DNA of 64,000 nucleotides from Laetmonice hystrix (Eukaryota), in assembly GCA_965235115.1 (NCBI GenBank), contig OZ249437.1, positions 8,308,001 to 8,372,000 on the forward strand, read 5' to 3'. Both the position numbers and the translations under genes were made by a program. The stretch's first letter is position 1. The number at the start of each line of letters is the position of its first letter. Under the pieces are notes generated by a model that saw nothing but the letters and a program-made list of their open reading frames with translations, was not told the origin of the DNA and did no database searches. This document shows, piece after piece, positions 61,839 to 64,000 of the stretch.

Positions 61839-63489
61839 GGGAAGGGGAGATCCAGGGTCCTCCAACTCTTAAACTGGGGGTTACCCCCTCCAGTAGGGGC
61901 ATCAGATATATAATTCTAAACTGTTAAAGCTTTACGGCCCAGGATGGTATCGAAGTGCCCCTCCCCCCCCCCAACTGTTAATACTGGTCTGCGAATATCT
62001 TACCGTACCAATGTTTAATTACTTTTAACAAGCTGAACGCGCCACCTGTCTATTTGATTACATAATGGTGATAAGATATCAATTGGCATAGTGAAGCTGG
62101 AATTAACGATTACAATGTCAGCCTTTATACAGGCTCGAAGATTAGATTACATGTAATAATTCTAATATCTGTTTGAAGTTGATGTAGAATTTTCTTCCAT
62201 GCCCTTACTGACGTCCGACCCATTTGGGAAATAAGTTTCAACATATATATATGTTTGGGAATGAGCAAAGTTGTATTCTTTGTTTCGGTGTTGCTCAGAG
62301 ACGATGTCAATAATAGATGATGACTGAAGCTTACTTGAAGTGCGTTAGAACCCTGGGGAGACGGAGATAAAGTTGTATCACAGAATAAGCCCGGACAGCC
62401 GGAATCCCACATCGCATGGGTTGGCGGGCCCATGTGGTAAAGGCCAGGGCCGTTACAAGGCACGTGCCGCGCCCTGCCTTCCTGGGGCCTCTCCACCGTC
62501 CGGTAGAGCGTGATGCCCAATCCCTGGTCTGAATTATACATGGCCAGACCTGGTTCTGGTGCACAACATGCCTGGTCACTCGCCCAACTCCTTTCGACCT
62601 ATATGCCAAGATAGCGTTATCAATTATGCATGATACTGAGATTTCTGTGAATGAGAGGACCGTGTCCTGGACCCTCTGTAAAGTGTAATTTTCTTCGACG
62701 TCCTTTTTATGACCAGAGTGGGGCACCCAGACCAGGATACGGTGCCGTTTGAAGAGTTTTGTGTTCCAAATAAATTTGCCAGCTGCGCAGCTGAGTTGGA
62801 TCAAGTTTTACCGTCTCTTTACTGGGACTATTTCTAGCTGATCCTCTGTCTGGATATGAAGGCGTGGATCGGTGACAACTTTGGTATACGATCTGCCATG
62901 CGCAACGTGACCCCGCATAGTGGATTCTCAATTTTCTGTCGGAGTCGAAGGAGGGGGAAGGTTAAGTCGGGTTGTTTAGAGTATTGGGGGTATACTTGGT
63001 CAGTTTATTCCACGTCAGGGTGTAAGGGGTTCGGATGGAGTCAGATTAACATATAACCGTACTACCATCACATGTATCAGACTGCTGATTATAAAGTAAG
63101 TTCTGCCAATTTCTGACCATGATTCTTGTATAACAACTTTACAAGATTAAGCTCTCACGTTATGGTAATGAGGGTACAGTTATCCAACTGACAGGATTCG
63201 GTGTTACTTGCTGTCAGAGACATCTCATTAAGTACACTTTATTGGGGAAGCCTATCCATGTAATCAATGTAATATAATGTAATATAATGGAGTAAGACAC
63301 GATGGTCGTATCTTTAGATTGAGAATCGATATCTGAGGTGTTGCGACCTGTCATGGTCCGAGAGCGGGCCCGTAGCCAGGAGTCTAGATGCTGTGAGTAG
63401 TATATGGAAACGGTGGTCAGGATCAGGCTGGAGTCGTATGTATTCTGATATAGGCAGGGAGAGATTCTCATTCATGTTGCATGGTCGTA

Positions 63490-63548
63490 TGCATACATGT
63501 AATCATATGCATACATGTAACCCTATGCATACATGTAACCCTATGCAG
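63490..63548. repeat. 18-bp tandem repeat x3
   Basis: atgcatacatgtaaccct. Confidence 0.8.
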
Positions 63549-63616
63549 GTATATGCACTCATTCATACATGGGTCCAGACTTGTGGGAATCATGAACTTG
63601 AAATTCGACTTGAAGA

Positions 63617-63864
63617 CCGGTGTGAAGGGAATGTAAGTCCGCCGGAATGGAGGTCCGCCCGACCTGGATTCATTGGTTATGCAGGTCGTCATCAACTTCG
63701 TGGGATAAAATAATTAAGAAAATACAAATGGATTAGGGTTAAGGTTATGATTAGGGATAGGATAAAGAAATATTTAAATAATACAACATCACGGACTTCA
63801 AGTCCTAGGAATGCAGGTCTGTCGGACCTGCATATCATGGGGACTTGTATTCCTGTCACACCGG
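63617..63864 (+). mobile_element. MITE family A, copy 3 (apparently full length, 248 bp)
   Basis: Imperfect 24-bp TIRs CCGGTGTGAAGGGAATGTAAGTCC ... GGACTTGTATTCCTGTCACACCGG (20/24), with a telomere-like ttagggttaaggttatgattaggg core. Confidence 0.8.
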
Positions 63865-64000
63865 CTTATACTGGAATCAGGGTTTGTGTCTGAACGTCGC
63901 ATTGTTTTAGCAGACAACCCCTCGTGAACGTGTCATGTTTGACATACTCGGATGAAATAAAACGCTAATGAGACGCCAGCGTCTCAAGTACGAGCTACCA

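Noticed and set aside
62856-62910. MKAWIGDNFG resembling the next FARSA exon LKKWVEIGNSG
   Set aside because: Similarity too low for this highly conserved segment, and no phase-1 acceptor.

Overview
Animal (invertebrate-like) nuclear DNA; nothing here looks prokaryotic. The only host gene I can support is phenylalanyl-tRNA synthetase alpha (FARSA) on the + strand. It has two internal exons, 25184-25352 and 59281-59358, with canonical AG/GT junctions and matching phase, separated by a 33,928-bp intron. I found no other FARSA exon, so the rest of the window is probably intronic too. The non-coding DNA is packed with repeats. (i) About a dozen unrelated tandem arrays total roughly 11 kb. (ii) Non-autonomous DNA transposons include TTAA-flanked Kolobok-type elements, a PIF/Harbinger derivative, a rosa/DD41D-like mariner derivative with ~260-bp TIRs, several tiny hairpin MITEs and a three-copy MITE with a telomere-like core. 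(iii) There are badly decayed Gypsy, BEL/Pao, LINE and SINE fragments. (iv) There is a 196-N gap at 51423-51618. The most unusual feature is an array in which the last ~30 nt of the FARSA exon plus its GTAAGT donor have been amplified to 18 copies, each followed by G-tracts. Only the authentic copy keeps AG|GTAAGT, and the first extra donor is in frame (+48 aa). I found no convincing novel protein-coding system. The long ORFs in the track are artefacts of the tandem repeats. All homology calls come from motif recognition by eye, not from database searches.
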